Below are positions 30,490 through 40,006 of a DNA stretch of 64,000 nt, piece after piece. The position numbers and the translations under genes are program-made. Source of the stretch: Candidatus Woesearchaeota archaeon (lineage in GTDB: Archaea > Nanobdellota > Nanobdellia > SCGC-AAA011-G17 > PNOQ01); contig CAZQVG010000001.1 of assembly GCA_964596705.1 (NCBI GenBank), positions 14,969-78,968 of the forward strand, read 5' to 3'. Each line of letters starts with the position of its first letter. The first letter of the stretch is position 1. The notes below the pieces were generated by a model. The model was not told the DNA's origin. It did not search any database and saw only the letters and a list, made by a program, of their open reading frames with translations.

Positions 30490-30531
30490 AACAATGAAGA
30501 ATTTAATGTGGGGTTTATAAATATTTTGTAG

Positions 30532-30948
30532 CTAAACTAATAGTGTCAAGTACATTATGGTTATTCCGAATAATATTCCCACAAACACTTGGAGAAGAGT
30601 ATGGCCTTCTCTCATTAAATGTTCTTTTTTCGAATCTTTTGGATCTAACTTCTCCAATATTTTCTTTTGTTTTCCAACTTCTAACCTAATGCCACATGCA
30701 TCTCTTATCACCACAAAGCTAAAAGCTAGGGTTACTAAAGTTAACATACTGTACAGCCCTTCTTGAAGTATTATTGCTGTGCTAAGTGCTGAAACAAATG
30801 ATGAATGTGAAGATGGCATTCCTCCATCAAGGAAAAAATAAGATAATCGAAAATCTTTTGTTTTGATCGTTTCAGTAGTTAATTTAATTAGTTGAGGTAA
30901 AAGTGCCGATAGTATTAAGCCAAGTATTATCTTATAATATGTGTCCAT
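30532..30948 (-). CDS. Divergent PAP2 family protein (DUF212)
   Basis: GGMPSSHS, DA.G.R..VG.Q and GHT..QV..G motifs. Confidence 0.88.
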   Translation of the reverse strand: MDTYYKIILGLILSALLPQLIKLTTETIKTKDFRLSYFFLDGGMPSSHSSFVSALSTAIILQEGLYSMLTLVTLAFSFVVIRDACGIRLEVGKQKKILEKLDPKDSKKEHLMREGHTLLQVFVGILFGITIMYLTLLV

Positions 30949-30970
30949 AAAAATATTTAATTTTTTTTAT

Positions 30971-31492
30971 TTAAAAAAGTTCCTCTAATTCAAGTTGTTT
31001 TTTTATCCAAATATATGCATGACTATGGGGTGCACCATTTAATATTATTTCTGCCCCCCTTCTTGCAAGATATACGTCTTGTTGTTTTCCAATAATTGCA
31101 ACAGTTTTTCCATATACTCTGATATCTGTGTTTGTCATTTTTTCAAGTGTTCTTCTAGCTTTTCCTCTTGTTCCAATAATTCTAGATTTTAGTCTTTCTT
31201 CAGATTTCTTTGATTTTCCTGAGAAATCTTTAATATTAATCATATCCAATATCAATTCATCGTTTAATAATTTTAATGCTATCTTCGGAGTGAAACCACG
31301 GCCAATTGCTTTTATTATGTTTTTTGTAATTATTACTTTAAAAGAATCTTCACCATTGATTATTACGTCTCCTTCATGAGAATTTACAGTGATCTTTGTG
31401 TTTGTTTTTGATTGAATCTCTCTTTTTGTAGAGCCTTTTTCTCCAATTAAGATAGCAATTCTTTCTTTAGGGATTTTAACTTCTTCTTGCAT
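30971..31492 (-). CDS. KH-domain ribosome biogenesis protein (Dim2/Pno1-like)
   Basis: IPKERIA.LIG.KG, AIGRGF, RIIG..GK and G.PH...Y motifs; likely start MQEEV. Confidence 0.92.
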   Translation of the reverse strand: MQEEVKIPKERIAILIGEKGSTKREIQSKTNTKITVNSHEGDVIINGEDSFKVIITKNIIKAIGRGFTPKIALKLLNDELILDMINIKDFSGKSKKSEERLKSRIIGTRGKARRTLEKMTNTDIRVYGKTVAIIGKQQDVYLARRGAEIILNGAPHSHAYIWIKKQLELEELF

Positions 31493-31493
31493 T

Positions 31494-31826
31494 TTAGAAT
31501 TCTTCAAATTCGGATAATTGTTTTAAATATCCTTTTTGTTTTAGCCACTGAACTTGAGTTTTATTATATTTCCAAACTATGTCTGCTTTTTCATCTCCAC
31601 CAAATTCCCAAGGTTGAAGTAGAACTACATCTCCTGGTCTAACCCACAAAGATTTTTTTAGTCTTCCAGGAATCCTAGCTAGCCTTGTTTTTCCATCTAG
31701 GCAAGCTACATGCATTCTTGAACCACCAAGTCTTTCAGTTACAGTACCAAGTACCTCATTTCCTCTTGGAGTCCTAACTCTAATTAATTGTTCTCCTTCC
31801 CTGTTTTGATCATTTTTTTGAGACAT
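31494..31826 (-). CDS. eif1A: Translation initiation factor aIF-1A
   Basis: [23 protein letters not shown]...GD. Confidence 0.95.
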   Translation of the reverse strand: MSQKNDQNREGEQLIRVRTPRGNEVLGTVTERLGGSRMHVACLDGKTRLARIPGRLKKSLWVRPGDVVLLQPWEFGGDEKADIVWKYNKTQVQWLKQKGYLKQLSEFEEF

Positions 31827-31872
31827 TTTGTTTAATTTATTGAGAATTAGTTGTTTTATAAAGGTTTTGGAG

Positions 31873-32178
31873 TCATTCTTTTAATCTCAACAGTACTGTT
31901 AATCTGTGGATCCTTTTTCCGGCTTGTTTGTTCTCACCAACTAAAGATCTACTGACTTTTGTCTCCCCATTAAATCTCTTTTTGAATTTTTTACAGAGTT
32001 GAAATGCTGGTTGGGAAGCGCTTACAAGAATATCTGTGCCTTCTTTAAGCTTAAATTCTTCAGTTATTTCAACAACATCTTTTGCCAACTCATGTTTAAC
32101 AAACTTATATACCTTAGGATTACTAGGCCGTATCTGAATTTTTGCAGCATAAGGTTTAGTTGGTTTGTAGGCTTTCAT
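31873..32178 (-). CDS. Short Nmd3-related protein (C-terminal domain only)
   Basis: AKIQIR...G.D...SRSLVG..KQ.GKRIHR.TVLLR resembles the C-terminus of archaeal Nmd3; position next to DUF424. Confidence 0.6.
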   Translation of the reverse strand: MKAYKPTKPYAAKIQIRPSNPKVYKFVKHELAKDVVEITEEFKLKEGTDILVSASQPAFQLCKKFKKRFNGETKVSRSLVGENKQAGKRIHRLTVLLRLKE

Positions 32179-32468
32179 ATTATCTGATAAACTTGTGCAT
32201 GTGGAATTTTTTGAATTGTAATTATATTTTCCTTAGATATAAGCTCGTTTTTTAATGCCAAATTTATTGCTCTCTCCCCAACTATGTTGAGGTTTATGGC
32301 ATCTTTCATTATTTCGTAAGCTTCTTCATCTGAGAGTTGGTCTCCTTTGTAAAACCTTTCTGTAACTTGTAAGGTTAATTCTCCTTCAGAAAAAGTTTTT
32401 CCTATTAATTCTTCATCACAAACTGCAACTACATGCCTGTCTTCCGATTTGTGAATTTTTACATACAT
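32175..32468 (-). CDS. DUF424 family protein
   Basis: VVAVCDEELIGK...FYKG...N.VGE..I...IPHAQ. Confidence 0.9.
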   Translation of the reverse strand: MYVKIHKSEDRHVVAVCDEELIGKTFSEGELTLQVTERFYKGDQLSDEEAYEIMKDAINLNIVGERAINLALKNELISKENIITIQKIPHAQVYQII

Positions 32469-32935
32469 TATCCGTGATACCTTAATTTAGATTTTTTTTC
32501 TTTTGTAGGTTCCCAATTAGAGATTATTTTGTTTAAGAATTTTTTTTGCTTTTCTTTGATTTTCGGCCATTCTTTCCAAAATGATTTTATAAATTTAGCA
32601 GATTCTTCATCTGATTCAATCTCGTAGAGTATACATTTTTGATAAAGCAATGCAATCCTCTTGTAAAAATCAAATATTTCCTCTTTTGTTTTTTGGTCCA
32701 ATGAATTAACAATTAACATTGAATAAACTGAACTTGGATTAGGGTTCACAGCAGGATCTAATGCTTCTAAGAAATTCCTTAACCTTCCTGCAATTACACG
32801 AATAATGGCTTTTATGGGTCTTCCAGATCTATTTTCTTCTAGTGCCCTAATTTCAAACTCTTCGTCTAGCTTTGCAAATGACGGAAGCCTATATTTTTTT
32901 ATCAATGCGTTATATTCTTGTTCTATTGTGTCCAT
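32468..32935 (-). CDS. Hypothetical protein
   Basis: 155-aa ORF tightly coupled within the operon; KYRLPSF..LDEEFEI start. Confidence 0.75.
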   Translation of the reverse strand: MDTIEQEYNALIKKYRLPSFAKLDEEFEIRALEENRSGRPIKAIIRVIAGRLRNFLEALDPAVNPNPSSVYSMLIVNSLDQKTKEEIFDFYKRIALLYQKCILYEIESDEESAKFIKSFWKEWPKIKEKQKKFLNKIISNWEPTKEKKSKLRYHG

Positions 32936-32936
32936 T

Positions 32937-33347
32937 TTAAACCTTTGATTTTATTGGGTGTTTTGCACCGCATGCTGTACATTTTAACATAAAGACTGGC
33001 CCCTCTTTTATAATTTGGGTATCTGGCTTTCCACATTCTTTACAGATAACAAATTCATTAGCATATTTATTTATCTTTTCATTTATTAATGCAGAGCTCA
33101 TCTTTCTTCCTAAAACCAATCTTTGACCATCAATATTTCCAGGAGTTGCAAGCTCTCTTAATAGATATTTTAGAAGATGTTTTGGATCTCTTCTTAATGT
33201 TGTTGCAATTTGATTGAAATTAGTGATTATTGTTTTATTTCCCTCTATGTGGCCAGTTACTTTAGGGACTTCAAATCTTTCTTTGGTTTGTGTTTTTTTA
33301 GGCAATCTTTCTTGTGCCCTTTCCACTAATTTTTCATAATCCATCAT
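32937..33347 (-). CDS. eif2b: Translation initiation factor aIF-2 beta
   Basis: RFEVP, ELATPG and CKECGKPDT...CTACGA motifs. Confidence 0.96.
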   Translation of the reverse strand: MMDYEKLVERAQERLPKKTQTKERFEVPKVTGHIEGNKTIITNFNQIATTLRRDPKHLLKYLLRELATPGNIDGQRLVLGRKMSSALINEKINKYANEFVICKECGKPDTQIIKEGPVFMLKCTACGAKHPIKSKV

Positions 33348-34039
33348 TCTATTAATTTAACCCTCCCAGGTTTTATTTCAAATATTTCACCTTCCTTTAA
33401 AAGGTCTTGTATCAAGCTTGTAGTAGTTTGTTCTTCAAATCCTGCTTCTTCTACAACAAGATTAATTTCTACTCCATCTCCATTATCGTTCTTCTCTATT
33501 AGATTTAAAAGCTTTTGCCTTTTTGATTGAGAAGCAACATCTTCTACCACTTCCTCTTCTATTAGTTCAGGTTGATCCTCTTGAATAGTTTGCGGGGTTT
33601 CTACAATTGGTTTCTCATGTTGTGTTCTTTCCCCATATTCAGAAATAAGTTCTAGTTTCCTAAGAGTTATCCACTCAGGCTTATCTAGTTTTTTTACTAT
33701 TTCTGGAACCAGATAAATATTATTATTATATTGCCTTACTCTTGATACTGTTAAAATCATATCTCCAATGTTCACCTCTTTAAGTAGTATAGCGTCTTCA
33801 TTCCATGCTTTTATTTGGATGTTCTCTGACCCATCATCTATTGTTAATGAAATGTAAGTAGAATCTTCATTTTGATATTTAGAGATTACATTAGCGATTA
33901 TATTTACTCTAGATACTTTTTTATCTTTTATTTTAATATAACTTGGCTCCCATTCACCAGAAGGGGTTATATATTCTCCATTTACTAAGTCTGCAATCCA
34001 AACTTTGTATGCTGTCTGTCTTATTTGTGATTCTGCCAT
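33344..34039 (-). CDS. RPA32-like OB-fold ssDNA-binding protein with C-terminal winged helix
   Basis: RVNIIA.V...IDDGS..I; C-terminal L.KEGEIFEIKPG. Confidence 0.8.
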   Translation of the reverse strand: MAESQIRQTAYKVWIADLVNGEYITPSGEWEPSYIKIKDKKVSRVNIIANVISKYQNEDSTYISLTIDDGSENIQIKAWNEDAILLKEVNIGDMILTVSRVRQYNNNIYLVPEIVKKLDKPEWITLRKLELISEYGERTQHEKPIVETPQTIQEDQPELIEEEVVEDVASQSKRQKLLNLIEKNDNGDGVEINLVVEEAGFEEQTTTSLIQDLLKEGEIFEIKPGRVKLIE

Positions 34040-34041
34040 TT

Positions 34042-36069
34042 TTATATCCTCTGTATATATCCTCGCTTTGGCTCAAAGATATCTCCTCCCCTTTTTAACT
34101 TTTCGATTATTTCTTCTACTTTATCCTCAGTTATACCTTTTTCCATTGCAGAAGCCATGATTTCTTCAACAGGAATACTTTTTCCTTTCTCCGCTTCAAG
34201 TTTTATTATAATTTCTTTTACGGTAAGGATTTTGCTCCTTTCAGAAGAGGGCATTGACGTAGAGAATCTATCAATATCAATTTGCCCTGTTTCTTGATCC
34301 ATACCTATTTGAGTTAAACAGTATTTTGTTAATCCTATTGCCAGTTTCGCGTCCTCCCGAGTAACTTTATTGGACAATCTAAGTTTAGCAGAAGCTTCTG
34401 AAAGCCTTATTATTGCTTCAAGTTGCCTTGCAGAGATTGGAATCGGTCTTACTGAAGCATCATCGCCAGATTGTACACTATTTCTTAAATTCACATAGAA
34501 ATCTTGTATTTCTTTTGCTGCTGCTTCGGTCATTTTGGGTTTTATATTTTTTCTTGCATATGCAATATATTTTTTCATCAAATCTGAATCCATTGGAGCC
34601 TCTATTGAGCCTTCAGATTGATATAGTTTCAGTATATGTCCTGCTATTTTCTCGTCTATCTCTTTGTTAGGAATATCTCGTATTGGGAAAATTAAGTCAA
34701 ATCTATTAATAAGTGAAGGAGGAAGGTCTATCTGTGCGGGAATTGGAGTATAAGGATCAAATCTACTATATTTTGGATTTGCAGCAGCTAAAACAGTAGT
34801 TTCAGATCTTAGGGTTGCTTGAATATTTGCCTTAGAAATTGTGATTGTTTGCTGCTCTAAAGCTTCATGTAATGCACTCCTATCTTCTGGGGTCATTTTA
34901 TCTAACTCATCTATTGCACAAATACCTCCGTTTGCAAGAACCATCGCACCTGCTTCTAGTGACCAACCTTTCAAAACTTCATCTTTAACTACAGTAGCAG
35001 TTAATCCTGCACCAGATGCTCCTTTACCGCTGATAAATCTTGCTTTAGGCGCAGCTTTTGCAATGAATTGAAGTAATTGAGATTTACCTGCACCCGGGTC
35101 CCCTACAAGAAGTATATGAATATCTCCCCTTCTTTTTACTCCATCTGGCATTACCTTTCTTGTTCCCCCAAGAAGTTGAAGAAGTAATGAAGCTTTAATT
35201 TCTCTATACCCATATATTGATGGTGCAATTGCATTTGTTAATTTTTTAAATAGATCTTTATCTTTTGATAGTTCTTTTATTTTTTCTAGATCTTCTTCAG
35301 AGATATCTATTTCCTCAAATGTTTCTTCAATCTGTTCTATATTATTTGCCTCTAAAGCAAGTTCAAACATTCTAGAATGTGCTCCTGTTCTCAATAGGAT
35401 TGGTACTTCTTTTAGGATCCCGATAACTCGCACTCTTGTACCAGGAGTTGTTTTTTTCTCCATGCGAGGTTCAACTAAATCATCTTGTAAGAATATCTGA
35501 AGCCTTTTAGGTTGTGAACCCCCTTCTAATGTTTCAGGAGATTCTTCTAAAACTATCCTTTGAGCATCTACCATATCTTTTTTAACTAATCTAAAATGTC
35601 CTTTTCGTCCACAACTACATCGCGTAGGTTCTTTAAACGCCTGATCTACCTGCAAAACAGATAGAAGATTCCCACATGTAGGGCATTCAAATTTTGCAGA
35701 AACTACTTGAGGCCTTACATCAGAAGCTTGTCTTACTATTCCTTCAATAACAATTAAACTATCTAGATCTATACTTCTTATATTTCTAATCTCCCTCTTT
35801 TGTGAAGTAGGAATGTTTGTAAAACGTATGTGGAAATTTTTTTTGCCAGGAAGCTCTAATTGATCTATTGCTAATTCTGCGTTTTGTAAGGATTCAGCAG
35901 GTTCATTCAAAAATTGTTCTGATAATTCAACATCAAATTTAGACAATTCCAAGAAATCAATTATTAATGACTTTTTGCCTTTTTTTAAAACGTCATGGAT
36001 CTCTTTAGTATAAACTGTTTCTAAAAATTCTTTAAATCGCTCTATTTGTGTTATTGCGTCCTTTGGCAA
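34042..36069 (-). CDS. mcm: Replicative helicase MCM
   Basis: GDPGAGKSQLL, CAIDELDKM, AAANP, INRFDL and ARQLE motifs; no intein. Confidence 0.97.
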   Translation of the reverse strand: MPKDAITQIERFKEFLETVYTKEIHDVLKKGKKSLIIDFLELSKFDVELSEQFLNEPAESLQNAELAIDQLELPGKKNFHIRFTNIPTSQKREIRNIRSIDLDSLIVIEGIVRQASDVRPQVVSAKFECPTCGNLLSVLQVDQAFKEPTRCSCGRKGHFRLVKKDMVDAQRIVLEESPETLEGGSQPKRLQIFLQDDLVEPRMEKKTTPGTRVRVIGILKEVPILLRTGAHSRMFELALEANNIEQIEETFEEIDISEEDLEKIKELSKDKDLFKKLTNAIAPSIYGYREIKASLLLQLLGGTRKVMPDGVKRRGDIHILLVGDPGAGKSQLLQFIAKAAPKARFISGKGASGAGLTATVVKDEVLKGWSLEAGAMVLANGGICAIDELDKMTPEDRSALHEALEQQTITISKANIQATLRSETTVLAAANPKYSRFDPYTPIPAQIDLPPSLINRFDLIFPIRDIPNKEIDEKIAGHILKLYQSEGSIEAPMDSDLMKKYIAYARKNIKPKMTEAAAKEIQDFYVNLRNSVQSGDDASVRPIPISARQLEAIIRLSEASAKLRLSNKVTREDAKLAIGLTKYCLTQIGMDQETGQIDIDRFSTSMPSSERSKILTVKEIIIKLEAEKGKSIPVEEIMASAMEKGITEDKVEEIIEKLKRGGDIFEPKRGYIQRI

Positions 36070-36102
36070 ATTCTGTACCCCCTAAAAAGGAAAGGGAAGG
36101 TA

Positions 36103-36645
36103 TTATTTTAATTTTTTCAAATTAGAAACTAACTTATTGATCGCTTCCTTTAATGCAGTTTCTGATTTTGTCCCTGTACAAACTATCTTTCCATTGCTAA
36201 ATAACAAGAATGTAGCCCTTGTTCCAGGTAATTTGTATACAAGCCCTGGGAATTGCTCGGGTTCATATTCTGAGTTCTCTAGTTTCATTGCTAATTCATT
36301 TAAGTTTAAGTCCATACCTATATCTCCTGAAGCAACCATGTTTTGAACAGTTATTTTAGGTTTAATTGTAATCTTAACTCCGATTTTAGCAACTGCTTTG
36401 ATTATTTCATTTATTGATTCTCTAACTTTAGTCATGGATCTTGCTCCAGTACAAACAACTTTTCCAGAGCTAAATATTAAAGCAGAAGTTTTTGGTTCCC
36501 TTATTCTCATGACAAGGCCGGGAAATTGTTCTGGATTATATTCAGTGTTAGAAAGAGTTTCTGCAAGTTTTATCAAATGTATGTCATGTTCTAAAGAAGT
36601 GGAACAAACAATATTAACTATTTTAACAGTTTTTTTTGCCATCAT
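36103..36645 (-). CDS. tbp: TATA-box binding protein
   Basis: Two repeats of EY.PEQFPGLV...L.FS.GK.VCTG; start likely MMAKK. Confidence 0.97.
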   Translation of the reverse strand: MMAKKTVKIVNIVCSTSLEHDIHLIKLAETLSNTEYNPEQFPGLVMRIREPKTSALIFSSGKVVCTGARSMTKVRESINEIIKAVAKIGVKITIKPKITVQNMVASGDIGMDLNLNELAMKLENSEYEPEQFPGLVYKLPGTRATFLLFSNGKIVCTGTKSETALKEAINKLVSNLKKLK

Positions 36646-36727
36646 AAATTCCTCCCACAAAATTAATGTTTATATATAGAGTAATGGAAAAATATATAAA
36701 GGTTTATAAATAAATCGTCATTATTAA

Positions 36728-39700
36728 TTAGGAGTTAATTTCGAGGAATATCTTGAATTCTTTTCCTTTTATTTTGAAATTTTCCTTAATTGTATAGTCT
36801 TTTTCTGAATCATATAAATCTGTTGCGCCAACTTTAGTAAGAATTGTATCTTTCCATTTCTCAAGGTTTATGTCTGAAACGATTGCAAGATTTATCTTAT
36901 CTTGTTTTCTTAATTTTTGTTCTTTTCTTATGTCTTGCACACGCCTTATTAATTCTCTAACAAAACCCTCTTCTTCTAATTCCGGAGTTAATTCTGTTTC
37001 TAGGATTACTTTTCCTTGAGGGAATTCTGCAGCGATTAAATTTTCAGGTAAATGTTCTTTAACAATTATGTGTTTATTTGTTAAAATGAAATTTTCAATA
37101 TTCAATGAGCCTTTCTCATAAATTTCTTTTAATTCTTGATCGTTTAAGTGTTTAAGTATGGTTACAGAGTCTTGTTTGAAATCTTTTCCTATCTGAGATC
37201 TGTTTGGTGTTATTTCTATCTCTGCATCTTTTAGTTCTCTTTCATAAGTTATGTTTTTTATGTTTAGTTTTGATTTTATTGTTTCATTTAAAGATTCTAT
37301 TGCTTGTTTTACTGTTGGATTTCTTGAAACTACCTTAATTTCTTTTAATGGCCACCTAACTCCAAGATTTGTCTTTTCTCTAGCTGCCAATCCAGATTGT
37401 ATTATTTGTTCTGCAATATTAACTTCTTCTTCTAACTCTGGATTAATAAATGATTCATCATAATTTGGCCAATCATAAAAAGAGATTGAGTCATGTTCTA
37501 ATTCAAACTCTTCTTTTAAGCCCAAGAATATCTTTTCTGTGATGAAGGGACATATTGTTGAAAACATCTTAGTTAGCTCAAACAACACCTTGTAGATTGT
37601 AGAAAGTACAAGTTTTGGTTTTTCGTGGATCTTATCTCTTGTATATTGAATATATTTTCTGCTTAAATCTAAAAATAATCTCTCTAGTTCAGTAGGAACC
37701 TTATTAATCTCATAGAACTCGTATAGTTCTGTAACCTTCTTTATTGTACGGTTTAATCTGGATAAGATGTATTTTTCATCTATTTCAAGTTCTTCATAAG
37801 GTATTTCTCTAGGATCTATGTTAAATGCTTTTGAATATTCTATTAAGTAATTGTAGATGTTCCAAAGAATCATTAAACTTTTATGTTTAACTTCTACCTC
37901 TTTCCAACTAAAGTTTATATCTTCTCCTGCATTAGTTTGACACATATAAAATCTTAAAGTGTCTGCACCATATCTGTCTACAATCTCATAAGGAGAGATT
38001 ACATTTCCTAAAGATTTAGACATCTTTACCCCATCTACATCAGTTAACATTCCATGAGAATATACGTTTTTGAATGGGATTTTATCAAAAGCAATTATTG
38101 AAGCAACCATTAATAGATTAAACCAGCCTCGCACCTGTTCTTTAGCTTCTGCTATGAAATCTGCAGGGAATAGTTTTTCAAAGATATCTTTCCTTTTAGG
38201 ATAATACAAACAGGCCCAGGAAGCAACACCTGCATCAATCCAAACATCTAAGATATCCGGGATTCTCTCTTTTTTTGCACCACACTTACAATCGATTGTT
38301 ATTTCATCTATCCAAGGACGATGTAAATTCTCTGGAGTTTTACCTGCTAGCTTGGATAATTCGTCTTTTGAGGCAACTACCGTATAATCTCCACAATTCT
38401 TACATCTCCAAATTGGTGCCGGAGTTCCCCAGAATCTTTGTTTGGTTATTGAATTATCTCTTAAGTTTTCTAACCAGGAATCAAAAGAATTTTTTACAGA
38501 CTCAGGAACCCAATGTATCTTGCTATTGTAAGCAAGCATTTTTTCCTTTAAATCCTCTACCTTAAAGAACCATTGTTTTGTTGTTCTGAAGACCACAGGA
38601 GTTTTACACCTTTCGCAATGAGCATAATCATGAGTAACCCTCTCTATGGCAATTAGGTTTCCCCTTTTATCTAGTTCATCTATGAAAAATCTATCATCCA
38701 CTTTAGCCTTTTTTTCAGAAAATATTCCAAGATCCTCTGGGAAGATTCCTTCATGATTTATTTTATTATATGGTGGAATATTATTCGCATGACCAACTTC
38801 ATAATCTTCTGGACCGCAACCTGGGGCACAATGTACTAAACCAGTACCTGCTGCAAGAGTTACATATTCTTTAGATAAAACAACTGTGTGAACGTTTGGA
38901 TGTGCCTTCTTTAATTTTTCATAATCTTTGATTTCATCTGCAAACGGATGCTCATATTCTAAATGTTCTAACTCAGAACCTTTAATCTCTTCTAATATTT
39001 CATAATCTTTATCTAAAACGTGCTTTACTAAATGATCTATCAAATCCTTTGCGATTATCCAAATTTCATTATCCACTCTTGCTCTAACATAAGTTATATC
39101 TGGATTAGCCATTATTGCAAGATTAAATGTTATTGTCCAAGGAGTAGTTGTCCAGATAACTAAATATTCTTTATCTTTATCTTTTACTTTAAATTTAACA
39201 TAGATCGATTCGTCAGTTATTTCTTTGTATTCACATTCATGTTTTGCTAAGGCAGTTGCACAGGTGGGACACCAAGTCATTGTTTTTTCGCCTTCATAAA
39301 GCCTATTTTCTTCATCAGCCCTCTTAATTAACCACCATACGCTTTCAATCCATTCTTCATCGATTGGCATGTAAGCATTTTCATAATCCATCCATATACC
39401 TAACCGAGACAAATCTTCGTTCATAATTTTTGCATGTTTAATAGAGAAATCCATGCATGCTTTAGCAAATTTATCTAAACCGTAACCAATAATCTCTTCT
39501 TTTGTTTTTAGATTTAGTTCTTTTTGAACTTTGGATGCAGTTGGTAATCCATGCATATCATATCCTGCTCTGTCCCAGACATCAAATTTTTTTAGTTGTT
39601 TGTATCTTAAGACTGCATCTTTCAAGGAATTATTCCATGCATGGCCAGTATGAAGTTTTCCAGAAGTATAAGGTGGCCCTTGTAAGAAGTAGAAAGGCTT

Positions 39701-39793
39701 ATTTCCTTTGGTAGATTCTCTTACCTTTTTATAGATATTATTTTTCTTCCAGTATTCAAATATTTCTTCTTCGATTTTATTTTGGTCATGCAT
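36728..39793 (-). CDS. ileS: Isoleucyl-tRNA synthetase
   Basis: GPPY..G..HTGH, WTTTPWT editing domain, GTGLVH.APG and KMSKS motifs. Confidence 0.95.
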   Translation of the reverse strand: MHDQNKIEEEIFEYWKKNNIYKKVRESTKGNKPFYFLQGPPYTSGKLHTGHAWNNSLKDAVLRYKQLKKFDVWDRAGYDMHGLPTASKVQKELNLKTKEEIIGYGLDKFAKACMDFSIKHAKIMNEDLSRLGIWMDYENAYMPIDEEWIESVWWLIKRADEENRLYEGEKTMTWCPTCATALAKHECEYKEITDESIYVKFKVKDKDKEYLVIWTTTPWTITFNLAIMANPDITYVRARVDNEIWIIAKDLIDHLVKHVLDKDYEILEEIKGSELEHLEYEHPFADEIKDYEKLKKAHPNVHTVVLSKEYVTLAAGTGLVHCAPGCGPEDYEVGHANNIPPYNKINHEGIFPEDLGIFSEKKAKVDDRFFIDELDKRGNLIAIERVTHDYAHCERCKTPVVFRTTKQWFFKVEDLKEKMLAYNSKIHWVPESVKNSFDSWLENLRDNSITKQRFWGTPAPIWRCKNCGDYTVVASKDELSKLAGKTPENLHRPWIDEITIDCKCGAKKERIPDILDVWIDAGVASWACLYYPKRKDIFEKLFPADFIAEAKEQVRGWFNLLMVASIIAFDKIPFKNVYSHGMLTDVDGVKMSKSLGNVISPYEIVDRYGADTLRFYMCQTNAGEDINFSWKEVEVKHKSLMILWNIYNYLIEYSKAFNIDPREIPYEELEIDEKYILSRLNRTIKKVTELYEFYEINKVPTELERLFLDLSRKYIQYTRDKIHEKPKLVLSTIYKVLFELTKMFSTICPFITEKIFLGLKEEFELEHDSISFYDWPNYDESFINPELEEEVNIAEQIIQSGLAAREKTNLGVRWPLKEIKVVSRNPTVKQAIESLNETIKSKLNIKNITYERELKDAEIEITPNRSQIGKDFKQDSVTILKHLNDQELKEIYEKGSLNIENFILTNKHIIVKEHLPENLIAAEFPQGKVILETELTPELEEEGFVRELIRRVQDIRKEQKLRKQDKINLAIVSDINLEKWKDTILTKVGATDLYDSEKDYTIKENFKIKGKEFKIFLEINS

Positions 39794-39836
39794 TTTCTTG
39801 TTTTGCTGGTTTGTTATATTTTAAATAATTTGCCAT
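39786..39836 (-). other. 16-codon uORF overlapping the ileS start (MANYLKYNKPAKQENA)
   Basis: SD-like GGGTGG at 39843-39848; its TGA stop overlaps the ileS start in ATGCATGA. Confidence 0.45.
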
Positions 39837-39866
39837 TGAGAACCACCCAAAGAGGCATAAATCTGA

Positions 39867-39911
39867 TTATATAATAATAGAAATAGTCCGTATTTGTATT
39901 ATTTTGGACAT
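39867..39911 (-). promoter_or_regulatory. Ile-rich leader peptide uORF (MSKIIQIRTISIII), putative attenuator of ileS
   Basis: 7 of 14 codons are Ile; ATG lies about 22 nt after TATA box TTTATATA (39933-39940). Confidence 0.65.
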
Positions 39912-40006
39912 ATATTTGTTGAATAAAAAGATTATATAAAACTTTCTGAATTAGTTTGACAAGCATATACAAAATACTTATAAATCATGTTTGATTTTCG
40001 ATTGTT

